DNA of 64,000 nucleotides from a virus. Of this stretch, positions 35,474 through 43,308 are shown piece by piece. Below the pieces are notes generated by a model. That model was given only the letters and a program-made list of their open reading frames with translations. It was not told where the DNA came from and did not search any database. The position numbers were made by a program, and so were the translations under genes. Numbering within the stretch: the stretch's first letter is position 1; every line of letters begins with the position of its first letter. Where the stretch lies: IMG/VR virus record IMGVR_UViG_3300029787_000010, positions 1 to 64,000 of that record. The stretch is one strand, 5' to 3'.

Positions 35474-36895
35474 ATGATGAATCACACTGCTGAAAAGTAT
35501 GAAGCCGTGCAGAGGTACCCTGTATTGAAGGGGTATCTCAGCCATTTTAGAGAGGTCAGTATAAACAACGAGATTCCCGGTCTTCTTTCGTTCTTCTTTA
35601 TATTGGGACAAGTGAGCCTACCCTTCGTCCGCATTCCCGTAGGCGGTAGCAACTTGTGTACACGGGTCAGTGTGTTTTGGCTACAGGACACAAGGACAGG
35701 TAAATCTGTTGCCTTTGAAACAATTCAAAAGGTATGTAGAGACATCGGTGTAGAAGCCATGGATTACAGTACGGGCACTGACGCTGCACTTGTCGGCTCA
35801 TTTGTCAGTGAAGATAGAGATGCGCCCCCCGTCCAGCGTAACGGTGTGCTGGCAGGGCGCAAGGCAATGAACTTTGATGAAGGCTCAATCCTGCTCAAAC
35901 CCAATCAACACTCCGAAGGGACTGTACTGTTCCTACAGTCTGCCCTCAACTCCGCTGGTACAGGTCGTAACATTCTCACCAAGCACCTTCGGGATGGAAC
36001 TATTACCATCAAGTCCGAAGTTTCACTTTGGATTACCACCTTTCCTCCGAAGGGTATCAAAGAACATGTTCTTGACAAAGGTATTTTTCAGCGTGTCCTG
36101 CTCTACTGGAGGGACTGGACGATTGAGATGAAGAAGGATGTTGCCTATCAACTGGCAGCAAGCGTTCACAAGCGTGTCAAACACGAGGTGTCCTACAAAG
36201 AAATTACCGACTTCTTTGAGGAATTACAGCAGCAACTCAAATCACGAGTATGTCACTTGGTTGGCATCACAGGGTTACAATGGGACGAAGCAGACGATGA
36301 TACTCAAGAGGAATGGGTTATGAAAGTCATGGACGAAATGTTTCTCATTGACGGGTCGTATGTCCCCGCTCTCATCAGTGCCATTGACGAATACTACTCA
36401 CTGGTAGAACAAATGGACCCCCATAAGCAAGGCGTCTGTGCCTCGTTTATCATGGGTCTACAGAATTACACCAACATCATCGCTCACCACATGGCCATGC
36501 TTGAAGGCACATGGGTGGTTCGGGGCGACCATATTGACATGGCTAAGGAGATTCTGTACGACTTGTATCACAACTTGATTCACTGGCTTGAGGCCGAAGT
36601 GAAAGTCGGTATGGGTGCCAAAGAAGCCAAGAACATGGAGATTGGCTGGAAGAAAGCCTACTTCGCCTGTGAAAAGGTGGACTTTGACGATTCTCGTGGA
36701 GACGGGTGGGTAGCCAAGTCGTCCATGTATTCTGCTTACGGGAAGCAACAGAACCTCAGTAGCAATAACTCTATCAACAAGCGTTACAACCAATACGGTG
36801 CGAAAATGTTTGAAGAAACAACCGAAAGCGGCGTCAAGAAATACACTCGGCTACGCAAGGACTACCGACAAACAAAGGTGGATAACGATGCATGA
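35474..36895 (+). CDS. Divergent MCM-like AAA+ helicase
   Basis: TRTGKS Walker A, TDAALVG, GVL, FDEG Walker B, FQR Arg finger; no MCM N-terminal Zn/OB domain. Confidence 0.7.
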   Translation: MMNHTAEKYEAVQRYPVLKGYLSHFREVSINNEIPGLLSFFFILGQVSLPFVRIPVGGSNLCTRVSVFWLQDTRTGKSVAFETIQKVCRDIGVEAMDYSTGTDAALVGSFVSEDRDAPPVQRNGVLAGRKAMNFDEGSILLKPNQHSEGTVLFLQSALNSAGTGRNILTKHLRDGTITIKSEVSLWITTFPPKGIKEHVLDKGIFQRVLLYWRDWTIEMKKDVAYQLAASVHKRVKHEVSYKEITDFFEELQQQLKSRVCHLVGITGLQWDEADDDTQEEWVMKVMDEMFLIDGSYVPALISAIDEYYSLVEQMDPHKQGVCASFIMGLQNYTNIIAHHMAMLEGTWVVRGDHIDMAKEILYDLYHNLIHWLEAEVKVGMGAKEAKNMEIGWKKAYFACEKVDFDDSRGDGWVAKSSMYSAYGKQQNLSSNNSINKRYNQYGAKMFEETTESGVKKYTRLRKDYRQTKVDNDA

Positions 36896-37037
36896 ATGCG
36901 TGGTGTGCAAAGTCCCCGAAGACAGGGACACTCTCTACGGCATTGGTGACCGTAGAGGGAAACTGGTGTGTATCTGTGAGTCTTGTTCAATTGAAATGAG
37001 AAAGGTCATAAAGAGCGTCATGGAGGTATTTGCATGA
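36888..37037 (+). CDS. Zn-finger microprotein (49 aa)
   Basis: MHECVVC...ICESC. Confidence 0.75.
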   Translation: MHECVVCKVPEDRDTLYGIGDRRGKLVCICESCSIEMRKVIKSVMEVFA

Positions 37038-37645
37038 GCGAAGTAATGGCCATTGATATTGAAACTGAGAACTTCTCTCACGAAATTGGAGGCTGGGGCA
37101 ACACTCACATGTTCTCCCCAACGGTCGTGGCTACATGGACTGGCGATGGCGGTACAGTCTACTGCAACAAATCACAGGCGAGTGAGTTCCTACCCGAAGG
37201 TGTCAAACTCAAGTCGTTGTCTCCCGAGGTACTTGGTCGGGACATTGAAGAGCACATCGCTAAAGGAGGTAGAGTGGTCGGGCACAACATCATCGGCTTT
37301 GACCTTCCTGTATTGCGGGACAGTCTTGATTGCTGGACAGCAGGGGACCTTCTTGGTAAAGCATCCGAAACGCTCATTGATACCTCGGCAAAATTGCGGT
37401 CGGCTTCTAAATCAGCCATCCCACTCTCCGACGCTTGTATTCACACGCTTGGCATGGACAAGACCATGAAAAGTCATGACGCTCCGCTTGAATGGCGGAA
37501 AGGCAACTACGGCAAGGTAGCCGAGTATTGCCTCAAAGACGCTCAACTCTCGTACGACCTGTGGAAGTTTGGTAACAAAGAAGGCTTCGTGAAAGCACGA
37601 TGCCGAGAAACCGGCTCAATCAAGGAGTACGAGGTTGAATGGTAG
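37034..37645 (+). CDS. DEDDy 3'-5' exonuclease (RNase H-like)
   Basis: DIET, GHNIIGFDLPVL, YCLKD. Confidence 0.88.
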   Translation: MSEVMAIDIETENFSHEIGGWGNTHMFSPTVVATWTGDGGTVYCNKSQASEFLPEGVKLKSLSPEVLGRDIEEHIAKGGRVVGHNIIGFDLPVLRDSLDCWTAGDLLGKASETLIDTSAKLRSASKSAIPLSDACIHTLGMDKTMKSHDAPLEWRKGNYGKVAEYCLKDAQLSYDLWKFGNKEGFVKARCRETGSIKEYEVEW

Positions 37646-37656
37646 GAGAGGAACCT

Positions 37657-39153
37657 ATGACAAATGAAAAGAAACAAACAGCACAAAGCATGAACATCCG
37701 AGCAGCAAAGGCCATTGCCGATACGGTGCGGTCCACCTTGGGCCCAGCGGGTATGGACAAAATGATGGTGGATGGCGGTGGCAATGTCATCGTCACCAAC
37801 GATGGGGCTACCATCCTACAGCAACTTGACATCAGTCACCCCGGTGCGAAAATGATTGTGGAAGCAGCAAACACTCAAGAAAGCATGTGCTACGACGGCA
37901 CGACGACGACCACGATTTTGGCTGGCTCTTTGCTCGCCAACACAGAAGGCTTGTTCAACAAGGGTTTGCACCCGAATGTGGTATGCCGTGGTTACAGGCA
38001 GGCTGCCCAGTGGGCGGTGGAAGCCATCACTGAGACAGCACAGGGTAGTAGCAAAGACTTGCTGAATGTAGCCAAGACAGCCATCACGGGTAAGTCGTTG
38101 GAAAGCAGCATGGACCATGTGTCCGGACTGTGTGTTGAGGCAGTGGAGCAAGCCAACGGGGACATCAAGCGCATCAATGTAGTGTGCCAACCGGGTGCTT
38201 CATTGGAGGATTCATATTGCTTTAACGGGGTCGTTATCAACACGACCTTCATGATGCCGAGCATGAGCAAGGTGCCTGCAAAGAACATCATCCTGCTCAA
38301 CACAGGGCTGTCGTCAAAGAAGGATGACAGTGTCCAAGTCAATGTGCAGAATGTTGGCGACTTCAAGAACTACCAGCAGTACGCCACCAAGGATGTGTGG
38401 GAGACGAAGGTAGAAGCACTCACAGAACTACTCCCCGAAGGCGGGGCAGTGTTCTGCCGCGACAGTGTGAACGAACTCGTGGCCGCTCTCTTGTCTAAGA
38501 AAGGCATCAGTGTAGCACACCGTGTTCCACCTACTACCCTTGACGCCATGTCGGCGCTACTGGACACACCCGTCGCTCACACTGTAGAGGACATTGGCGG
38601 AGTAGCGCAGCCGACTGAGTTAGAACAGCGCACGATTGGTGACATGGATTACATCGTCGTGGCCGGCGAAGGTAATGTCACAACACTCGTTCTGCGAGGA
38701 GCCACCCGACAGACCCTTGACGAAACAGAGCGTGGATTTGACGACGCCATCGGCGTGGTCTGCTTGGCCTTCAACAGTGACCAAATCGTAACGGGCGGCG
38801 GCTCGTCCTACATCCATGCTGCGCTCGCTCTACGCAACCGTGCGGCCGAGATTGGCGGTCGGGCGCAAATGGCCATTGAAGCCTTTGCAGACGCCTTGGA
38901 AGCGATTCCTGCGACCATCGCTGAGAACGCTGGCTTTGACCCGTTGGACACGGTGCTGGCTCTACGCAGCGCCCACCTCCTTGGCAAGAAGGACTTCGGT
39001 CCGAACATTGAGGAAGGCGGTGTCTGTTCTATGATTGGGCTGAATGTGTACGAACCATTGGCCTTGGTGAAGCAGGCGATTCAGTCAGCAAGCGAAGTCA
39101 GCATCAGCATCCTGCGCATTGACGACATCATCGGGAAGCGTTCCGAAGAGTGA
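37657..39153 (+). CDS. Group II chaperonin (thermosome-like)
   Basis: STLGPAGMDKM, TNDGATIL, DGTTT, GGG, AENAG.D, ILRIDD. Confidence 0.96.
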   Translation: MTNEKKQTAQSMNIRAAKAIADTVRSTLGPAGMDKMMVDGGGNVIVTNDGATILQQLDISHPGAKMIVEAANTQESMCYDGTTTTTILAGSLLANTEGLFNKGLHPNVVCRGYRQAAQWAVEAITETAQGSSKDLLNVAKTAITGKSLESSMDHVSGLCVEAVEQANGDIKRINVVCQPGASLEDSYCFNGVVINTTFMMPSMSKVPAKNIILLNTGLSSKKDDSVQVNVQNVGDFKNYQQYATKDVWETKVEALTELLPEGGAVFCRDSVNELVAALLSKKGISVAHRVPPTTLDAMSALLDTPVAHTVEDIGGVAQPTELEQRTIGDMDYIVVAGEGNVTTLVLRGATRQTLDETERGFDDAIGVVCLAFNSDQIVTGGGSSYIHAALALRNRAAEIGGRAQMAIEAFADALEAIPATIAENAGFDPLDTVLALRSAHLLGKKDFGPNIEEGGVCSMIGLNVYEPLALVKQAIQSASEVSISILRIDDIIGKRSEE

Positions 39154-39955
39154 TTTGCCCAGCGATGTGAGAGGCAACCTTGAGGGCTTCTTCATCCACC
39201 CCTGTGGTGAAGCCCCAAGCGTGCAGGTGAGACACCAGTGTTTCGGTGGATAGGTTAGCCCCGCTGTTGGCAGCAAACGGGCACCCACCAAGACCACCGA
39301 TACTTGAATCAATCTCGTAAATGCCGTTCATTAACGCAGCCCGAACCAACTCAAGTGCACGGTCCTCCTCACCATTGTGATGAAGATGAAGTGCTGCTCG
39401 CATACCCTCGTTCTTGGCTAACTCAGCCAATTCAGCGACCTCTTTACGAGTTCCTGCTCCGACTGTATCAGCGAAGACGATAGTGCCACCGAACATTTTG
39501 GCATCGCGGATGCAAGAAAGAAGTGTACTCATGCGAGGCACCCCGCTCCAAGGCGAACCGAAGGCCATACTAATGTAAACTCGGACATTCTCTTTGGGCA
39601 CTTTGTCCATGAAAGTTTTGTACATCAGTACAATCTCACTACGGGTCTTACCCATGTTCTTCATGTTGAAGTCCTCGCACGGCGAGAACACGATGTTGAA
39701 CTTCTCAACACCTGTCGCCACAGCACGCTCGTAACCACGCTTGTTCATGACCAGTGCACTACCACGGTCAAACACTTCCTCAGCATCAGCCATTTGCGGC
39801 ACAAGGCGAGGGTGAGCAAAACTTACTTCCTCTATAGACTGCAAGCCTGCGTCGTATAGGCTTGCGATTAACTGTCGCTTGGTTGCTGTTTCAACAGGCT
39901 GTTTCAGTGCTTGGAGTCCATCACGAGGACCGACCTCGTAGATGGAGATGTTCAC
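39128..39955 (-). CDS. hmgL: Hydroxymethylglutaryl-CoA lyase
   Basis: EVGPRDGLQ, SF..P..VPQMAD, ADTVG, HLH, SSIGGLGGCPFA, N.STE. Confidence 0.92.
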   Translation of the reverse strand: MNISIYEVGPRDGLQALKQPVETATKRQLIASLYDAGLQSIEEVSFAHPRLVPQMADAEEVFDRGSALVMNKRGYERAVATGVEKFNIVFSPCEDFNMKNMGKTRSEIVLMYKTFMDKVPKENVRVYISMAFGSPWSGVPRMSTLLSCIRDAKMFGGTIVFADTVGAGTRKEVAELAELAKNEGMRAALHLHHNGEEDRALELVRAALMNGIYEIDSSIGGLGGCPFAANSGANLSTETLVSHLHAWGFTTGVDEEALKVASHIAGQITLRNASR

Positions 39956-40107
39956 TGGATTCCCCTCCGCATGCCATTGAAGCAGGCTTGGTGAAAGGCC
40001 TCCTCGTCTTCAATATAAATCATGGTGTCAGTGGGGTCGGGCGTTGCCAACCAAATGGTCACAAAGCCTGCAATAAATGAGAGGATGAAGAGAGTCGGCA
40101 GCAGCAT
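39952..40107 (-). CDS. Small membrane-anchored protein (51 aa)
   Basis: MLLPTLFILSFIAGFVTIWLATP...; GTGA overlap with hmgL. Confidence 0.7.
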   Translation of the reverse strand: MLLPTLFILSFIAGFVTIWLATPDPTDTMIYIEDEEAFHQACFNGMRRGIQ

Positions 40108-40132
40108 GTACAGACCGAGCGCGGTGTGAAAA

Positions 40133-40399
40133 TTAAAGTTGTCGGCCTAAGTTGTGATTGAGAAGCATTTTTGACAGTGCTCCGTACTTCTTCGCCTTCA
40201 ATCTCAAGACTGATTTTTTAAGCGAGTTCTTTTTTCCTACAGGTCCCATGTCACCGTGCTTGCGCATGTAGCCACAGGTGGGACACTCGTGGATAACCAC
40301 CTGCTTCCCTTTGAGGTAGCGGGCTGAAATGGTGAGGGGCAGGGCTGTGGTCTTGCAGAACTCACAGGTGTAGGTCAGCGCATCAATGAGTGCACCCAT
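40133..40399 (-). CDS. Basic Zn-ribbon protein (88 aa)
   Basis: CEFC...CPTCG; start at ATG 40399 (TGATG overlap). Confidence 0.75.
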   Translation of the reverse strand: MGALIDALTYTCEFCKTTALPLTISARYLKGKQVVIHECPTCGYMRKHGDMGPVGKKNSLKKSVLRLKAKKYGALSKMLLNHNLGRQL

Positions 40400-41538
40400 C
40401 AACTCACCACATGGAGGTCCAATTTCGCCCATGCTGAACCCGTGTAGACGAACTTCCCGTAGTTGGTAGCGGCTACATTGACATTGATACCTGTTGAATC
40501 AAAGTTGAGGTTGTGTGCTCCGGACGGGTGATAGACCTCAATGATGTGTCCGTGAGGGAATGTGCCCGATGGGTTGAGGTTGATTGCTCCACTTGTTGTG
40601 ACTATCCAAATGTTCGGCCCGTCAAAGGTGAAGGTTTGGTTAGCCGATGTGGACAGCACTTTGACTTCATTCGGGGCCAGTCGCCATGTACCACGGGCAG
40701 GGCTTCCGCCTATGTCTCGCTGTGCACTGTAAAGCAGCACGCTATGTCCATCGGGACTGTGCGTCTGCCACATACCACCGAAAGGCGACGCCGCAAAGCC
40801 ACCACCCGAAGGTGATGCAAAAATTGAATCAATGGTCTTTTGATTGGTGTTGTCAATTGCGTTCGTGTTGGTGACTGAACCAGCCGCACCTGCGGTGAGA
40901 TGGTTGAAGTAGACTGGATTTGGCCGGACGAATATACGCTTGTCGTGTACGGTCGGCGTGTTGAGCGAGGCTGTCAACGCCCCTCCTGCTGACACCGTGT
41001 AGTGAAGGATAGCGAGTACGACGGCCTGTTGATTGTTGGCTGGTCCGGGTGCTGACAAAAATGTGTTCGGCACCTGTGGAGTCTCAGTGGCTGGGTCAGC
41101 CAGTGTCCCAAACTCGTACATGATGTTGTTATTCGCTCCCATGGCAGCAACATAAATGACGACATACGCTTCTTTGTTGACTGACGCGTGTGGTGTGGGG
41201 AGAGTTCCGACTTTGTTCGTGCTTGTTCCAATGACGGTGCTGGTGTGCGTACCACCCACGCCTCCGCCAAACTGGTAGACTACCCCGTCAAGGACAGCAA
41301 AGCCGCCCGACACAGTGATTGCGCCACCGGAGCCGACTGCTACATGTCCTTCTGTAGAGGAGCCAGTAGCGTTCCGAGTGCCCCCGTATGCCCCATCAGC
41401 CACGCGAAGGATGCCATTGCCGTGCAAGCCCTCGTAAGGATTGGTCAACGAGGGACTGGTCAAACCATCGCCATCTCGTAGCCCACTGCCACCAGTGAAG
41501 CCTTGAGCAGCGGTGTGTCCGGAGAGTGGATTAGACAT
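40399..41538 (-). CDS. Putative tail fibre/baseplate protein (379 aa)
   Basis: G/S/T-rich beta protein at the distal end of the tail operon. Confidence 0.6.
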   Translation of the reverse strand: MSNPLSGHTAAQGFTGGSGLRDGDGLTSPSLTNPYEGLHGNGILRVADGAYGGTRNATGSSTEGHVAVGSGGAITVSGGFAVLDGVVYQFGGGVGGTHTSTVIGTSTNKVGTLPTPHASVNKEAYVVIYVAAMGANNNIMYEFGTLADPATETPQVPNTFLSAPGPANNQQAVVLAILHYTVSAGGALTASLNTPTVHDKRIFVRPNPVYFNHLTAGAAGSVTNTNAIDNTNQKTIDSIFASPSGGGFAASPFGGMWQTHSPDGHSVLLYSAQRDIGGSPARGTWRLAPNEVKVLSTSANQTFTFDGPNIWIVTTSGAINLNPSGTFPHGHIIEVYHPSGAHNLNFDSTGINVNVAATNYGKFVYTGSAWAKLDLHVVS

Positions 41539-41539
41539 T

Positions 41540-41893
41540 TCAGTTCACCTCTATGATAGTAGCGAAACGCAATTCATTATTTTGCGTTTTGGTCACGGCT
41601 CGGTGCGTGTAGCGGAAAAGCACAGTTGTGTCAGTGGAGTCGGCTGGGTTTTGATATTGGACGCACACCTCTTTTAGTGGGATAGTAAATGTAGATGAAA
41701 GGGGCACGACTGCCTCTACGAGAAGAGAATGGTCGTCAACGATGCGCACAGTAGGTGTGGCTACAAAAGCGGGCCTCCCTGCGCCTCCGTCTTCACTGGT
41801 AGCCAGTGTCCCATCAAATCCAAAGACCACTTGGTTGATGCGGTCTTTCAGCGTGTCAATCAAAAATCGGTTTCCTTCTGTCAGTAGTGGCAT
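41540..41893 (-). CDS. Putative baseplate/tail-fibre attachment protein (117 aa)
   Basis: LLTEG...G.DG...LKEV...LFR....TK pattern resembles fibre N-terminal attachment domains. Confidence 0.55.
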   Translation of the reverse strand: MPLLTEGNRFLIDTLKDRINQVVFGFDGTLATSEDGGAGRPAFVATPTVRIVDDHSLLVEAVVPLSSTFTIPLKEVCVQYQNPADSTDTTVLFRYTHRAVTKTQNNELRFATIIEVN

Positions 41894-41894
41894 A

Positions 41895-43304
41895 TCATCC
41901 TCTCCAAATGGTTATTGGTTTGCGCTTTGGATTCTGTATTTTGAGTAGATTGGCTTGCTCAGTCTTCGGACGAGTGGCTTTTCCACCTATGATGCTGCGG
42001 TCCCCTTGGCCAATGATATAGCCTTCTTGGCGAACCGTTGCAGCAGTGAGTTGCCAGCGAGTGGTAATTTGATAGCGAGCACTGGTTCCAAACTCAATCG
42101 TCTCCGTCTGCCGACTCTTTTCTTGGCTGGCTTCGCTAAGTTCCACGATGTCATTCTGTTGGAACCGCTGTAGTAAATCAGCGATACCCGTGTCCATGGA
42201 TGTGACACGGAGGTCAGTCTTCTTTTGTACAAGGTGGTGGGTGGCTGTCAAGACATTGTAGTTGTCGTTGTCCGTCTGTGTTTGGTAGCGGATAGCCTCA
42301 CCCGGCTGAACCGTAGTGGCCCTCACAACCTCGTGCAAAGTAGTAGCACCTTTAGCCCGATTGGCCGCTGCTAAAAACTTGCGACCAATGGCCCTTGCAC
42401 TTGCCTTGGACACGGCCGTAGGGGCGTTGATACCACCGGGTACTTCAATGACCCCAGTTTCTTGTGCACTAAAGTCATCAATTGTGACGCTATTGCTGTC
42501 ATTCAACGCTCTCGCTTTTCCACGAACCACGAGCCTATTTGGTAGGTGCTGAGTTTCGCTTTCGGTTTTCCCACCTGTAACGGCTACATTGCTGAGATAG
42601 TGAGAGCGGTTAGATTGGAGTTGATGTTGGTAAAACAGATTACCAAATCGGTCAGTGATGAGGCGGTGCCCATCATGTCTGCTCAAGAAGCGCATAGCAC
42701 TGACACCATCTATGCCATTGAAGTCTTTGGCCACGAAGGTGGTACTGCCACGCTTCCTGCTCACATTGACGGAGTTGAGGGAAGACGATTGACTGTCGCC
42801 AAGGCGTGCAGCAAGGTCGCTTGTTCGCAGTCCTACATTGACTGGCTGTGTTATTTGCACAGTCTTTGCACTCATCCCGATGTCCGTCAGCGCCCGACCT
42901 TTGAGGTTGGGCACCATGAGTCGTGAGCCTTTAGTGGCCGTCACTACTTGGTCAACAACGAGGTTTTCCTTCGTGTTGGAATCACTGGTGACCATGGCCG
43001 GCTTCGTCGCACCACTGGACAGTTTGCCGCCTTGGTGAAACACAACGCCCTCATACCGCATGTGCTCAGTCGGCGTGTGCACTAAGTCAATGGAGTCGTC
43101 CTGCTCAGTCAGCGTGTAAGTGCGCTGGTGAGTAGGTTGAAAGTCACTTTGCTTTGGTTTGGCTACACTACGCTTGGACGCAGTCTGCGTGTAGATACCG
43201 TGGCGAACAGCATTGTCCACAAACTTAGGCTTGCGGATGCGCTTCATGACCGTAGGCTGGGCTGCATCACTTCGCCCGGTGTTGGTGTTCTTTGCGACCG
43301 CCAT
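41895..43304 (-). CDS. Putative baseplate hub / tail-tip protein (469 aa)
   Basis: AMRFLS....LITDRFGNLFY, NRLVVRG, VQPGEAI hub-like landmarks; start moved to 43304. Confidence 0.6.
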   Translation of the reverse strand: MAVAKNTNTGRSDAAQPTVMKRIRKPKFVDNAVRHGIYTQTASKRSVAKPKQSDFQPTHQRTYTLTEQDDSIDLVHTPTEHMRYEGVVFHQGGKLSSGATKPAMVTSDSNTKENLVVDQVVTATKGSRLMVPNLKGRALTDIGMSAKTVQITQPVNVGLRTSDLAARLGDSQSSSLNSVNVSRKRGSTTFVAKDFNGIDGVSAMRFLSRHDGHRLITDRFGNLFYQHQLQSNRSHYLSNVAVTGGKTESETQHLPNRLVVRGKARALNDSNSVTIDDFSAQETGVIEVPGGINAPTAVSKASARAIGRKFLAAANRAKGATTLHEVVRATTVQPGEAIRYQTQTDNDNYNVLTATHHLVQKKTDLRVTSMDTGIADLLQRFQQNDIVELSEASQEKSRQTETIEFGTSARYQITTRWQLTAATVRQEGYIIGQGDRSIIGGKATRPKTEQANLLKIQNPKRKPITIWRG

Positions 43305-43308
43305 GTTA

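Noticed and set aside
29184-36895. Inteins in PolB, primase or helicase
   Set aside because: Protein lengths are compact, with no intein splice-junction or LAGLIDADG blocks interrupting motifs.
37657-39955. Thermosome and hmgL as host chromosomal DNA flanking a provirus
   Set aside because: Both are embedded between viral replication and tail genes, share the same word avoidance, and no integrase or att site is visible.
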